A stretch of DNA of 63,208 nt, filler included, from Chiloscyllium plagiosum (GCF_004010195.1; 5 parts of one record of this genome joined end to end with filler, not necessarily neighbours in it); one strand, 5' to 3'; numbered from the whole stretch's first letter, positions 35,555 through 49,880 are shown. Translations and numbers: made by a program. Notes: generated by a model not told the origin, from the sequence alone.

Positions 35555-37448
35555 NNNNNNNNNNNNNNNNNNNNNNNNNNNNNNNNNNNNNNNNNNNNTT
35601 AATTAATTAANNNNNNNNNNNNNNNNNNNNNNNNNNNNNNNNNNNNNNNNNNNNAGGGGCTCAGAAAAGAGTGAATGGCTTTGATATCAAGGCAGTATTT
35701 GACTGAGGATGGCATCGGGACAGCTTACTTGCTTTTGCTGAATGGGAATCAGGTGTAACCTCCCACTTGTCTGGGTCTTTCAGAGCACAAAGAAAGTTGC
35801 TTGTCGTCAGTGGCCAACAGTCCTCTCAGTTCCGGGACATCTCTGCAGAAGATCCTCAGGTTACCGTCCTCAGCACAAACATCTTCAGCAGCTCCAACAA
35901 TGTCTTTCCCCATCATAAGATCTGAAGTGTGGATGATGACTGAAGATCACACAATGCACAGAACATTTTGTCCCTCATCAACCATTCTGTGTCCATGTGC
36001 AGCAAGACGGGGCAACATTCCGGTTTGAGCTGTTAAAGTGTCTGTGACATTCGTGTAACAGCACGGCAAGACACTGCACATTTCTACAGTTAAAAGAGGA
36101 GCTCACTCACCATCTCAAGCTGGTTACACACGGATATATGGAAGCCATTCAGCAAACTACTGAACAAGAAGAGGGACAGACAATTCAATCCTTCTGCCTG
36201 TTCCATCGGAAGAACAGAGGTCTGTCAGTTCATTGAGCTGTTAAACAGGAACAGGCGGAGCTCAATCAAACCCTTAAACCTGTTCCATGAGACCAGAAGG
36301 AAGCTATTCAGCCCCACGAGACACTTATATAGGAACAGGAGGGTGTCATTGATAGTCCAACATGACAAACCAATGAAACCGAGACTGCACTGACAGAGGG
36401 CCCTATGGTATTTGTCTTGGCTCCACTATTTGTAGAACGTGTGCTACTTTAACACGATTTGCTGGCAGTGAGGATGGAAGCCAAATGTTTTGTGTCAAGT
36501 CTCAAGGAGGCATCTTCCATCTCCGAGAAGACACATCCATGTTTTTCATGGAGGTCAGATGTTGCTGGGAAGAGTTAACTCTTTTATAATGAAGATCTTG
36601 TGGCTGCTGTCGGCATTATGGATAACATGACGTTCATTGCAGGATCACACACCAACTGAACTGTATTAATATCTGGAGAGTTTATTCAAAAGCCTGAACC
36701 TCTCTCTCTTTGTCTCTCTCTGTCTCAATCAAAATAGGGAGTGCGTGCAGTTGGGTGGACCGTTCGCAGAGGCTCTTAAACTATCGAGAATCATGTAACC
36801 CGAGTGACAAAAATGCCATGGAATTCATCTCTGTATCAGTGCCTGTTTAGAACATCATGAGTGATTGTCCATCCCCCTGAAGGTTCAATGCAATCACCTC
36901 TTATTCTCTCACTGAGCTTCACTCACTGCTCATGGTGCCATTATCTCAGGGATTAGTCTAGTGAAACTTCAGAGAAAGTCTATCCACAGTACCCCAAATA
37001 CTGCCTCAAAAACACTCTCGGGGATGATCGCAATAATACTTTTCTCTCACTTAGACCTCACCATTTCTTTCCTGTGCCACACAAAAAAAAACATTTCTTC
37101 TCTGTGCACTACGTCTGACATGGAATTTATAAGTCGCTTACATCCGTACGTCAGCATCAATAAAGCTAGCACCAGCGATGCCTATGGAGATATGCAACAC
37201 TCTCGGGGAGAACTTCAATGAGATTGAATACACCAAAAATAGGGGATGATCACTTACCTGAATAGAAATGAGCTGTAGGAATACGGGAAAGAGGCAGAGG
37301 AAGGGAGCTTTCTTTACTTTTCATCTTCTCTCACAGAATGTATGCAGCCCTGGTGAGGCCAGCATTTTATGCTGATCTTGAACTGAGTGGCTGGTTCAAC
37401 TGTTCCACAGGACAGTAAAGAGTAAAACACATTGCTGGGGGTTTGTAG

Positions 37449-38151
37449 TGTTACAACACAGGAGCAATTCTCCTGCTTAATTAAAACCAGAAACAGAGAA
37501 AAGATTTATCCCATGCAGTAATATGTGATAATTCTAGAGTCTAAAACTATCAAAAGTAAAGTTTAACAACTTTATTTCTTAAAATATAAAAGAGAATAAT
37601 AAACGAACGACTGTTTACAACTTCTTCCTCTAACCTATCTTTTACCTTCCCCCTCCACAATATTAGTGTGATAATACGGCGAATGAAGATTTACAAAGCA
37701 AAACTTCTAACCTCAAAACCAAGAAGCTTTCGATTCTTCTCCATATTCCTGTTTTCTTTTCTTCTTGGGGATTCTGCTTCACCAGTTTCTAATCAATAAA
37801 CGTACCCTTAAGAGAGCTATTGTTCAGGCAGTCTTTGCAGCCTAGTAGCTTGGTAGTTCTCCTCTCAAAGTTTCAATTTTCCACCGTCTTGTACACCCAC
37901 ACCATTCGACTGTGTCATTGGCCTTTACGATTGTCAATATACTAAATTCAAAATTGATTAGAGGTGGGTATTTTGGGGTATAATTTAAGGTGTTTTGCTG
38001 AATTTGTTTTTGGCTCGAGACAATGAGCTAATGGAGTTTTTCAACCAAAGGTTAGATTATATCTATTTTTTCAGAGCACATGGTGCTGTCAGGTAGTTAC
38101 TGCTGGCTTTTAATTCTCTTAAAGGTACAGTACACCCACATGTTCATCCCA
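37449..38151. mobile_element. Probable solo LTR in the intron of cassette B
   Basis: TGTTACA...CA ends; absent at the homologous site of cassette C (about 50410); no clear TSD. Confidence 0.6.
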
Positions 38152-38765
38152 GAAATTAAACGGAAACCTGACGAGGGAACCATGACACATTGACTTCCCT
38201 AAAGGACATGAGGCAAGCAGATGGGTTTTTAGAACAAATGATAATGCTTGCTTTTAAATTCCACCAATTTCCTTCATGAGATATTCTGTGGTTCTAAATT
38301 ATGAGTCAATGGCTCGACCATCATAAACTGTCTTCCCGTATGTGCAGAGAACAAGTTAAGCATTTTCAAGAGCAATTATTTAGTGATGGACACGTGGTTA
38401 GAAGGAACTTAAAACTGTTGCATCCGGATTGTAGAAAGTCACAAATCATGGTTTATTTAGAAGTTGCACTGAGACTGAGGACGAGACTCGGATACCATGA
38501 TGGTGGGACTGGACAGGATTGGTGAGTGGGGAGGATATGGAGATGTAAATCTGTGAAGGACAAAATGAATTATGGAGTTTGAGAACAGTCTGGTTCCATC
38601 TCGCATATCAGTGTGTAATTTATAAATAGTAGTTTGTTAGTTATAATTTATAAGGAAGGGAAGTTTTGTTTGGAACTGAAGACATTGACTTCACTTTCTA
38701 AAATTTATATATCATGAGCAGAAACTCAGATCAACCCGGTTTAGTAGACAAATATAATGACTTAC

Positions 38766-38781
38766 CAGGAACACCAACTAT
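38766..38781 (-). CDS. 3' end of GPR139-like first exon (copy B); the rest lies in an assembly gap
   Basis: ATA GTT GGT GTT CCT G|GTAAGT = IVGVP plus donor; flanking intron and upstream sequence homologous to copies A and C. Confidence 0.7.
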
Positions 38782-40084
38782 NNNNNNNNNNNNNNNNNNN
38801 NNNNNNNNNNNNNNNNNNNNNNNNNNNNNNNNNNNNNNNNNNNNNNNNNNNNNNNNNNNNNNNNNNNNNNNNNNNNNNNNNNNNNNNNNNNNNNNNNNNN
38901 NNNNNNNNNNNNNNNNNNNNNNNNNNNNNNNNNNNNNNNNNNNNNNNNNNNNNNNNNNNNNNNNNNNNNNNNNNNNNNNNNNNNNNNNNNNNNNNNNNNN
39001 NNNNNNNNNNNNNNNNNNNNNNNNNNNNNNNNNNNNNNNNNNNNNNNNNNNNNNNNNNNNNNNNNNNNNNNNNNNNNNNNNNNNNNNNNNNNNNNNNNNN
39101 NNNNNNNNNNNNNNNNNNNNNNNNNNNNNNNNNNNNNNNNNNNNNNNNNNNNNNNNNNNNNNNNNNNNNNNNNNNNNNNNNNNNNNNNNNNNNNNNNNNN
39201 NNNNNNNNNNNNNNNNNNNNNNNNNNNNNNNNNNNNNNNNNNNNNNNNNNNNNNNNNNNNNNNNNNNNNNNNNNNNNNNNNNNNNNNNNNNNNNNNNNNN
39301 NNNCTGTCAGTGATGCTCCTACTCATACTATGGGATAACACATTTACAGAGCCAAATTGTCATTCAATGATGGAAACTCTCCACTGGGATAATTAGGATC
39401 CACAGAGATTGACATTAATCACTGTCACTGAACAAATAGCTCCAGTTCACCTCTTTCATTTCAATATTCATTTTATTAAAAATCAAAACAACGTTTAAAA
39501 TTTACACATTTGGGATGAGGTATGTGGGGGTGACTAAAGGAAGTAATATTGGAGATGGAAGCTTGATTATTTGTAATCATTCAATCTACCTTGGATATGG
39601 GAGTAATGTCAAAGGATTGTCAGACCATAAACTGTTTCTCCGTTTATAAATGGAAAGATAAAGTCTGTAACAACTGATCAGTGATTATAATGTCAGTAAA
39701 ATATGGAGGGAACTTTTCTAGTCCATAATCAGACAGGAAAATCTGCCTACAACAACATGAGTTACAACAGACAAATGGCATGGATATGTTTACAGAGAAT
39801 ATGATGTGTCTCACCATTCAGATGGTTATTCGAAAGATCAGAGAAGGCCGGTGAGGGTCTTGCTGTTAATGTTGTCGATGTCAATCAAATGTGATTATGT
39901 ACCATGCACTGGATTTCAATTGCAGTGTGATTATAATATTGGAGCCATGGCTGCTGAGACTGGAGGGAGGAAACATGATATTTCCCAGTCATCTGTGTTG
40001 GAATGTTACTCTTTATAAATCATATGAAGATAAATTCCAGGGTACATCTCCAATGAGGAATGAGGAGAGCCAATATTAACCAAG

Positions 40085-43000
40085 CAACCAGAAGACATTG
40101 GAGCAGAAATTTACCCATTCAGCGCAATGAACCTGCTCTGCCATTCATTGATGGCTGTTAAACTTCTCATCACCATTCTCTCGCTTTCTATCTGTAACCC
40201 TTGATCAACTTTGCAATCAACAACCTATCTGTCTCACTCTTAAATATACTCAATGGCATTGCCTCGACAGCCTTCTGTAGCAGAGAATTCCATATATTCA
40301 CCACTCTCTGGCTGAAGAGGTTCCACCTTACTGTTGTTCGAAAAGGTCTCCTCTTTACGTTGTCCCCTCGGGTCCCTCGGGTCCCTGACCAAAGCCTTAG
40401 CGAGCTTCAGAAGTACATCCCTGCATTTATATTCAAGCCCTCTTGAAATAAATCCCATAATTGTATTTGTCTTCATAACTACTGACAACCTGGAAGTTTA
40501 CCTTTCGAGACTCCTGGACTAGAACTCTCTCGTCTTTTTGCACTTCAGACTTCTGAACTTGCTCTCTATTCTTCATGCCTGTATTTTTCCGGGCAAAGTG
40601 CATGACGTCACACGTTCCCACGTTATACTCCACCTGCCACTTCTTTGCTCACTCCCCCAACCTGTGAAAATCCTCCAGTAGGAGAAAGTGAATACCGCAG
40701 ATGCTGGAGATCAGAGGCAAAACGTGTGGTGCTACAAATGCACAGCCATCCAGGCAGCATCCGAGGAGCAGGAGATTCGATGTTACAGGCATAAAGTCTT
40801 CATCAGGAATGAGGGGGGTGGGTGAAATGGGGCTGAGAGATAAATGACAGGGGATGGGGCTGTGAGGAAGTTAGTTTGTAAGGCGATAGCTAGATGAAGA
40901 TGGCTGGTGATAGTGATAGGTCACAGTGGAAGGTGAAGTGTATAGATGGGAAGGAAGATGGACAGGTAGTTAATTTCAACAGGGTGGTGCTGAGTTGGTG
41001 GGTTGGTTCTGGGATAAGGTGGCGGGAAGGTAGATGAGGAAACTGGGGAAATTGCCCTTGACACCGTGTAGTTAGAGAGTCCCAAGGCGGAAGATGATGC
41101 ATTCCTCTTCCAGACGACTGCTGGCTAGAATTTGGCAGTGGATGAGGCCAAAACCTTGCATGTCCTTGGTGCAGTGGGAGGGAGAGTTGAAGTATTCAAG
41201 CACAGGGAAGTGGGGTCGTTCGGTGTGTGCGTCTGAGAGTTTTCCCTAAACCGTCTGCAAGTTGACGTCCTGTCTCCCCAATGGAGAGGAGACCAGGAGC
41301 AATAGACAGAGTAGGTGAAGTGTTTGGAATTATAGGATGTTCTTTGCCTGATGTAGAACGCTCCTTTGAGGCCTTGGATGGAGGTGAGGAGGGAGGTGTT
41401 GACACAGGTTTCATACCTGTTATAGTGGCAAAGAAGGTGTCAGAAGTGGAAGGTGGCTTGGTGCGGGTGGGGGGCATGAACCTCACAAGGGAGTTGTGAA
41501 GGGAATGGTGTCTACAGACTGCTGATAGGGGTCGGGAGGAAAGTAAATTTCAGGTGGTGGAGTCTGACTCTTAGTGGCGGAAATGTCAGAGGATGATGCG
41601 TTGTATCCTGAGGTTTCATGGGATGGAAGGCGAGCACCAGAGGGGTTCTATCCTTGTTTTTAGTTTGGAGGTGTGGGAAGTTGAGGAGATGCGCTCGAGC
41701 ACCCTCCTGCATCTAAATCAACGCTTCAATGCTACCTGTCCCTCTATCTATCTTTGCACGATTTGAAAATGTAGCTAGAATCCCCTCAGTTCCTTCATGT
41801 AAATCATTAATCACAAAATGAATAGTTGTGTTTCCAACACTGAGTCCTGTGGAACATCACTTGTACCTGCCTGCCATCCTGAGAAGAATCCTTTTATCCC
41901 TACTCTCTGCTTTCTGTCAGACAGTCATGCTTTTGTTCATGCTAGCAGCTTGCCTCTAACACCATGGGCCCTTATCTTTTTCAGTAGCCTTCTGTGTGGC
42001 ACCTTTTCAAAGGGTTCTTGAGGAACAAGTGGATAACATCTATTGGTTCTCCTTGGTCTAATCTGCTCGTTACTCCCTCAATGTATTCTAGAAGGTTTGT
42101 CAGGCCAGATCTCCCCTTGATGAAACCATGCTGACTATGTCCTACTTTATCAAAGACCTCCAAGTATTCAGAAGTCCCATACTTCAGATGGATTCCAGGA
42201 TGTTACCCACAACTAAGGTTAGGCTAATCAGGCTGTAATTTTCCATCTTCTGCCTAACTCCCTTATTAAACGGAGTGTCATGTTAGACATTTTCCAGCCA
42301 TTTGGCCCTTTCCTGATTTTAGTCATTCCTGAAATATTACCAGTTACGCTTGCATTAACTCTTCAGCTATCTCTCTTACAATGCTGGGATGTAGTCCACC
42401 TGGTCTAGATTATTTATCCACATTCGGGCCATTCAGTTTTCTAACATGTTCTTCTTGATGATAGCCACATACTCAGCTCTGCCCTCTCACTCTGTTCAGT
42501 TTTTGGGAAATTACTCATGTCTTCCACCATGAAGACTGATTCAAAGTTCCTCATTCGTTTCTTTGTTTCCCAATACTGTCTCTCCAACATCAGTTTCCAG
42601 TGTCCCATATTCACTTTCACCTCTCTTTTGCACTTTATATATCTAATGAATCTCTTACAGTCTCCTTTATATTACTAGTTAGCTTACCCCTACATTTAAT
42701 ATTCTCCCTCCTTTTTTTTTTACCTTCTGTTGATCGTTGTAGGTTTCCCAATTCTCTAGTTTCCCACTGCCCTTCACCACATTATATGCTTGATCTTTTG
42801 CTTCTATGCAATCACTGACTTCCATTGTCAGCCCTGGTTGCCTCATCCTCCCCGTACTATGCTTTTATTCCTCAGCATGAATATCTGCAGTTTCTCCTGA
42901 ATTAATCTTGGAATCTCCTGCCATTGCTGTTCCCCTGCCTTTTCTGCTGGACCCCTCTCCCGGTCAATCCTACCCGGCTTCTCCCTTATGCCTCTGTAGT

Positions 43001-43960
43001 TGCCTTTATTCAGCTGAAATACTGTTACATCTAGTTATATCTTCTCTCTCTCAAATTGCAGAATACATTCAACCATGTTCTGATCACTGCTTCCGAAGTT
43101 TCCCTTCACCTTAAGCTCCCTTATCTAGCCTGGGTCATTAGATCCAGAATCATCTGTCCCGAGTGGGCTCTACCTCAAGCTTCTGCAAAAAAAAAACGAC
43201 ATCTCGTAGACATTCCTGTAACTTCTTTTCTTGTGATCCACTACCAACATGATTTTCCCAATCTGCCTGCAAATCGAAATCACCCACGATCACAGTACTT
43301 TGCCTTTCCTACACATCTTTTCTATCTACTGGTGTATCTTCTGCCACAGCTCCTGACTATGCTTTGGAGCCCTGTACAAGACTCCAAATATGGTTGTCTT
43401 ACCTTTGTGGTTCCTCAGTTCCACCGACGCAGATTCTACACTATCTGACTTTACTTCCTTTCTACTGTGATTTAATTTCATTTCTTAGTAATAATGCATA
43501 TTCACCCCCTCTGCCCAATTGCCTATCTTTTCAATAGGATAAATGTCCTTAAATATCCAGATCCTCTTGCAGCCACTTCTCCGTGATGCCCATCACCTCA
43601 AACCTGCCGATTTCAATCTGTGCCACAAGCTGATTTACCTTATTCCTTGTACAGCATGCATTCAGATATAATATGGTCAGTCCTGTATTACCTGTACCTC
43701 CTGTCATGCCATTCATTTGACCAGTTTGCTTGAAGTTGATTTTTAAACATTCCCAGATGCTCTATCCTATTTGTGTCTGTGCTGGAGATTTTAATAACCC
43801 CTCCTGAGTTCTGTACTCTTACCTCCCCTTTTAATTCAGCTTTTCTAATTAAACCCTGTAACTGAACCCCCACCCCGCACACACACACATTCCTAATTAG
43901 TTTAAAGCTATGTCTGCAGTCCAAGTTAGGATTCACTCGGACTCTTGTCCCAGCACGTTT
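40085..43960 (-). mobile_element. CR1 LINE ORF2 inserted upstream of exon copy B
   Basis: QHGFIKGRSGLTNLLEY and FISRGLEYK remnants; flanks rejoin sequence homologous to 52800-52820. Confidence 0.85.
40681..41710 (-). mobile_element. Penelope-like fragment (GIY-YIG and pLTR) nested in the CR1
   Basis: RTPLVLAFHP and SIGETGRQLAD remnants; terminal repeat as at 1736, with decayed hammerhead near 40775-40810. Confidence 0.8.
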
Positions 43961-45262
43961 CAGATGTTGATTGTCCCATCGGAACAGATCTTTTCTTCCT
44001 CCCTAATAAAATGAATTTATTCAACACAAAACACAGGCACAAAATAAACTTTTCTGTATATACCAAAATATGAAAACGACAAAGAAACAAGGTTGTTAAA
44101 ATACACTTTGTGGTGCTCTATAAATTGAAGTGTGAATTACAAAACCATGGAAATTATGTGCAAACGTTGTCAATCATTATTTGACCCACAGCTGAGATCC
44201 TTATTTCCCGTCTGTCAGTAATCCCCATCACTGAGATTCTCTCGCCCTGTCTCTCACACAGTGCCTAGAGGGGTTACAAGTTGATGTTGGCCCAGAATAT
44301 TTAAATTAATCCACCTTCTCTCTGGAGCGAATCTATTGGTCTATTGAATTCTGATTAGCTGTCAGAAACTCAGCTCTGTGATGTCAGTGTTGATAAATGA
44401 TCTGGGATGACAGCCAGTATTACAGAGTATGGCACCAGACAAAGCGTTTGCAGTCTCCGGGAGTTTCGAAATGAAATGTCTGTATTTCTCCTCATGCTGC
44501 ATCCTGATAACTTTACACTCGTCTGACATCAGTTGTTCTCACTCATTCTGTTGCTCCGTTTTCTCACCACTCTACAGGGTATGGCACCAGACAAAGCGTT
44601 TGCAGTCTCCGGGAGTTTCGAAATGAAATGTCTGTGTATTTCTCCTCATGCTGCATCCTGATAACTTTACACTCGTCTGACATCAGTTGTTCTCACTCAT
44701 TCTGTTGCTCCGTTTTCTCACCACTCTGTTTATCTCACTTCACTTTCTTTCTCTCTCTTTATTCCTCTCTCTCCCTCTCAGCCTATCTCCGATCATTCTC
44801 TTTATTTTCAAGTGGTCAAGTTGGAGAGCTCGTGGACGCATGGTGGGCTCATTGGCCTCCTCTGTGCTGTATTAATTCTTAATTTCTCTGACCCACAGTA
44901 AACACTTTAGGTGCCTGGAGAGACAAGCTGATCCATTGAAAGACACATCGCATAATTAACCATTATCTCTTCCTGTTTTCTGACATGCAGCGATCTCGAA
45001 ATATCTGTTCAAACAAACAGACTCCTCACATTAACATTTGCACACTTCAGACTGCCAGGTCCACTGTGTTCAGTACCTCTGCCTGCTTGCAGTTGGTCTG
45101 AGCTGTACTGATATTAATGTACAACACCTCCTCAGTCACTGTTCCTGTGGACCTATTGCTGTCGTTCTCCACACCCCTTGCCTCGCCCCCCATACCCACA
45201 CTCACCGCCACCACACACTAGTTTAAACCCTCCTAAGGGACAATGGCAAACCTGCCTGCCAG

Positions 45263-45505
45263 GAGATTGCTGCCAGTTCAGGTCTGTCATGTCCTTCTTG
45301 TGTCTGTCCTACCCTTCCGGGAATCCCAATGATTCACATATTAGAGATTGCTGCCAGTTGAGGTTCAACCCGTCCTTCTTGTGTGTAGGTCCTACCGACC
45401 TGGGAATCCCAATGATCCACAAATCGGAAATTGCTGCCAGTTCAGGACCATCACGTCCTTCTTGTGTATATCCTATCGACCCCGGAATCCCAATGATCCA
45501 CATAT
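45263..45505. repeat. Three diverged 81-83 bp tandem units inside a CR1-like ORF1-end fragment
   Basis: GAGATTGCTGCCAGTT..TCCTTCTTGTGT..GGAATCCCAATGAT..AC starts at 45263, 45344 and 45427. Confidence 0.85.
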
Positions 45506-46299
45506 GAGAAGTGCTGCCTCCCCTACCAGCTCTTTGGCAGTGTATTGAATTGTGCTATCTTCCTATTTCTAATCTCACTCACACGTGACATATTCTAATG
45601 TCTCCAAAATTCAAATATCCTTTAAGCACAACTCCATCAGGGGATTTTCTTTAAAGTAGATAGACTTGATAATAAAAAAAACTTTAAGTTTGACTTCAGG
45701 AAAGTGAGATCACTGAATCAGTCCACTGATCAGAGGATCTGATATCTATCCCCGCCACCAAGCGTATTTGACAAGGCATAAATATTGACAATCTGTTTGC
45801 AGATGAACGAGGATAAAATGAAGATTACAAAATATCAGAGCAGATGGATGTCATTCAACCTGTTTACTCAGCTTTGCTATTCAATTGGATTCTAGTTATT
45901 ATGTTCCTTTCAATGGCAGCATCTTTACCCAGCATCCCCAGCGGGTCAGAAAGTTCCCAGTGTCGTTGTGTGCACATTCCTGCGAAGGGAATCTCCAGTG
46001 CCAGGCAATGGGGTGTGGGGAGTCCCAGGGGTGGCACAAGGAAAAACTGCATGTAGTGCCGATGGACTGAGGGACTGAAAGAGATGGAGTGGGCATCCAG
46101 AGACACTGCACTCAGACAAGTGGCCGGGCAAGATTCCTAAACACCCAGAGGAACCCGCGAACCACGGCTGCTTTTACAAAAAGCTATCACATTTGCTGCA
46201 TTTCTCCATCGAACAAAAGCAAAAATACTCTAGATGGTAGAAATCTGAAGCAAACACAGAGACGTACTGTGGAGAGAGAAAATAGTTAATATTCCCAAT

Positions 46300-46410
46300 C
46301 CAGGCACAGGAAGAATGTACAAAGTACTCAGACAGGGCCCAGAGATTGGAATTGAATCTGAGTTCCCAGCACTGTGAGGCAGCATTGATGTGCCACCGTG
46401 CAGCCCAATG
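46300..46410 (-). mobile_element. tRNA SINE 5' fragment
   Basis: Reverse complement GGGCTGCACGGTGGCAC..TGCTGCCTCACAGTGC resembles the SINE head at 57500. Confidence 0.65.
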
Positions 46411-46419
46411 ATGGAAAAT

Positions 46420-49400
46420 TGGGGATAGTATAGTTAGAGGCTTAGATACTGTTCTCTGTGATCGGGATTGAATGTCCTGAAGCTTGGTTGTCTACCTGGT
46501 GCTCGGGTTTGGGATATCTCATCTGGATTGCAGAACTTGGAGCGGGAGGGCAATGATCCAGTGATCAGGGTCCGTGTTGGTACCAACGACTGGACAAACA
46601 AATGATAATAAGAAGAGTGACTGGTAATACAGGATTGAACTACTATATCAGAATGCATGCAGTATAAGGAATAAGGTGTACACGCTTGTGACCCATGCAC
46701 AAATTGGCTGGTACGACACAGTGGGCTTTACAGTGATATCGCTGCAAGAGGATCAGGATTGGGAGCTGAATATTCAAGGATATTCATCCTGCCGAAAGAA
46801 TAGGCAGGTGGGCAGAGAGATAGAGTTGTCTCATTATTAAGAATGGAATTGAATCAATAATCAATAATAAGAAATAAAGTAAGGTCAGATGGTGTAGAAT
46901 CTGTGTCGGTAGAATTGAGGAATCAAAAAAGTGAAAAAATGCAGTATGTACAGGGAGTTGGGGTGCAAGGTACACCAGGAGGTGGAAAGATCTGCAGGAA
47001 AGGTAAAATTACAGTGACCATGTGGGAATTCATTATGCAGGTTGACTGGGAATTCAGGTTTGTAGTGCTTCACAAGAAAAGGAATTTCTGGAATGTCTAT
47101 GAGATGGCTTCTTGGAGCAGCTTGTGTCGGCAGAGTAGATGAGGGGAGGTTAAGCTGAAGGAAATCATAGGAGCCAATGATCATAATATGATTGAATTTA
47201 CTCTACAATTTCAGATGGAGAAGTTAGAATCAGAAGCAAAGGTATTACAGTTGAATAAAGACAATTACAGTGACATGAGGGAGGAGCTGGGTATAATTGA
47301 CTGGGAGACGGGCCCAGCTGGAAAGGTAGTGCAACAGCAATGACAGGAAGTCAGGTATAGCATAAAAGCAAAAGACAAAGGATATAATGTGGCATCGTGC
47401 AGTGGGAAACCTGAGGATTGGGAAGCTTACAAAGACAAAACAGAGGGCAAACAAAACAAAATAAGAAGGGAGATTATAAAATATGGGGGTAAGCTCGCCA
47501 GTAATGTAAAAGAAGACTGCAACAGTTTCTTTCGATATATAAAGTACAAAAGAGCGGCAAAAGTGAACAATGGACCACTGGAAAATGATACTGGAGGGAT
47601 AGCAGTGGGCACGAGAAAATGGTCAAGGAACTGAATAAATACTTTGCATCAGCTTTCACGGTGGAAGACACGAGTAATTCCTAAAACTTTCAAGAGATTG
47701 AGGGGCCAGAGCTGAGTGTGATGGCCACGACTATTGAGAGCATGCCAGGAAACATTTAATAACACGAAATTAAATAACCTTGATCAGATGGGCCACACCC
47801 CTGTGTTATAAGGGAGATAGCTGAAGAGGAAGTGGAGGCGGTCGTGTTTATCTTTCAGGAACCAGTTAAGTAAGGAACGATCCCAGAGCACTGGAAACAC
47901 ACAAACGTGACACCCCTTTTTAACAAGGGAGTAAGGAAAAACCCAAAACTCTACAATGAATAGCTTAACCTCGATCATAGGTAAGATCCTCGAATCCATT
48001 GTGAAGGATGAGATTTCCGAATACTTGGGAATATTTGGTAAAACATTGCAAAGTCACTATTGTTTCATCAAGGGAAGTTCATGCGTGATAAACCTTTTGG
48101 AATTCTTGAAGAGGAAATAAGCAGGCTTGACCAAGCACAGCAATGATAGTAGTTATGCACCTGGATCTCAGGAAGACCTTTGACAAGGTGTAACACAGGA
48201 GATGTCTGAGTACGATTACAGAGACATGAGGGAGGAGCTGGGTATAATTGACTGGGAGAAGGGCTGAGCAGGAAAGGCAGTGCAACAGCAATGACAGGAG
48301 ACTTTTGGATTTTTGTTAGAGGCAAGGTAGTGGCATTGTTACAAGCTTGGCTGTCTGGCAGAAAGCAGAGAGTGGGGATGAAATGGTCGTTATCATGATG
48401 GCAGCCGATGACAAGTGGTGTTCCACAAGGCTCAGTATTGGAATGGTAACCTTTTACTCGTTACGCTAACAATCTGGATGAAGGAATCGAAAGCACTCTG
48501 GCTAAGTTTGCAGATGATGAAAAGATAGGCAAATGGACAGGTCGTGTTGAGGAGGCAGAGAGGCTGAAGAAGGATTTCAACATGTAAAGAGATTGGCACA
48601 TGCATTCCAGTGTTGGAAAGTGTGAGGTCGTGAACTTTGGCACAAAGAATAGAGGCATGGTCTATTTTCTAAATTGGGAGAAAGTTCAGAAATCTGAAGT
48701 GCAAATGGACTTGGGAGTTCTAGTGCAGGGTTCTCTCAAGGAAAGCTTGCAGATTGAGGCAGTAGTTAGGAGTGCAATAGCATTTATTATTGATGACATT
48801 TATTATGAGAGGAATTGATTATAAAACCGGTTGCATACGGCTCTGGTGAGACCACATTTGGAGTATTGTGCGTAATTTTGAGCCCGTATCTCAGGAAGGA
48901 TGCATTGGCCCTGGAGTGTGTTCACAGGATCTTCACGAGAATGGTCGGAGTAATGAAAAGCTTAACTTATGAAGCACGTTTGAGGAGTCTGGGTCTATCC
49001 TCAATAAAGTTTAGAAGAATGAAAGGAATTCTAACAGAAGCATGCAAAATACTGAATGACCTGGATAGAGTAGATGTTGATAGATGTTTACATTGGACAA
49101 GGACCCGAGGGCACAGCCTTAGATGAAAGGGAACACCCTTTAGAACAGTGATAAGGAAAAATGTCTTTAACCAGAGAATGGTGAATTTTTGAAATTTATT
49201 GCCGCAGAAGGCAATGGGTTCAGTTCATTGATAATATTTGAGAAGGAGGTAGATAAGTATTGATTACCCAGGGGATCAATGGTTATAAAGAGAAGGTCAG
49301 AGAATGAGTCAGAGAAAACTGTCAGCGATGATTGAATGGTGGTGCAGACTCAATGGGTTAACTGGCCTAATGTCTGCTTTTATGTCTTATCGACTTATGG
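46420..49400 (+). mobile_element. CR1 LINE with internal deletions
   Basis: CLPGARV (ORF1), VPQGSVL and KFADDEK RT remnants; 3' tail near 49340-49400. Confidence 0.85.
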
Positions 49401-49880
49401 TTTAAACCTTGCATGTCTGAGAAGATGGATTCATGTCCTTCACGAATGTCAGTAGCTGGAGGGAATAGTTAACTGTTTTAGAATGAAGGTATTGTGGCTG
49501 CTGTCAGGGTGGTGGATAATATGATTCAGTGCAGGATCACACACCCACTGCACTATATTAATGTGGAGAGAGTTTATTCAAAAACTGGACGTCTCTGTCT
49601 CTGTCAATCACCGTAGAGAGTGCGGGTTGGGGTGGGAGGGCGTAACGTCCTCCCAGGCACTTAAAATTTCCAGCTTCATGCATCCTGAGTGAAATAATAG
49701 TCTGGAAATTACGACCTTCTCAATGTCTGTTTAGAATATAAGGAGTGATTGTCGATCCCACTCAGTGTTCAATGCAATCACCTCGTATTCTCTCACAGTG
49801 CTCCCGATCAACTTTCACTCACTCTTCATGGTGCTATCATCACAGAGATTAATCTGGTGGAACCCCTGGTCATTCTCCTG

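Noticed and set aside
36130..36380. Degenerate repeats of about 50 bp (GGAACAGGA..ATTCAGCC..CCTGTTCCAT)
   Set aside because: They resemble decayed CR1 3'-end sequence and are too diverged for me to define a unit by eye.
45263..45505. CRISPR-like array or any prokaryotic system
   Set aside because: The units are wholly repeated with no unique spacers, there are no cas genes, and the window is vertebrate DNA.
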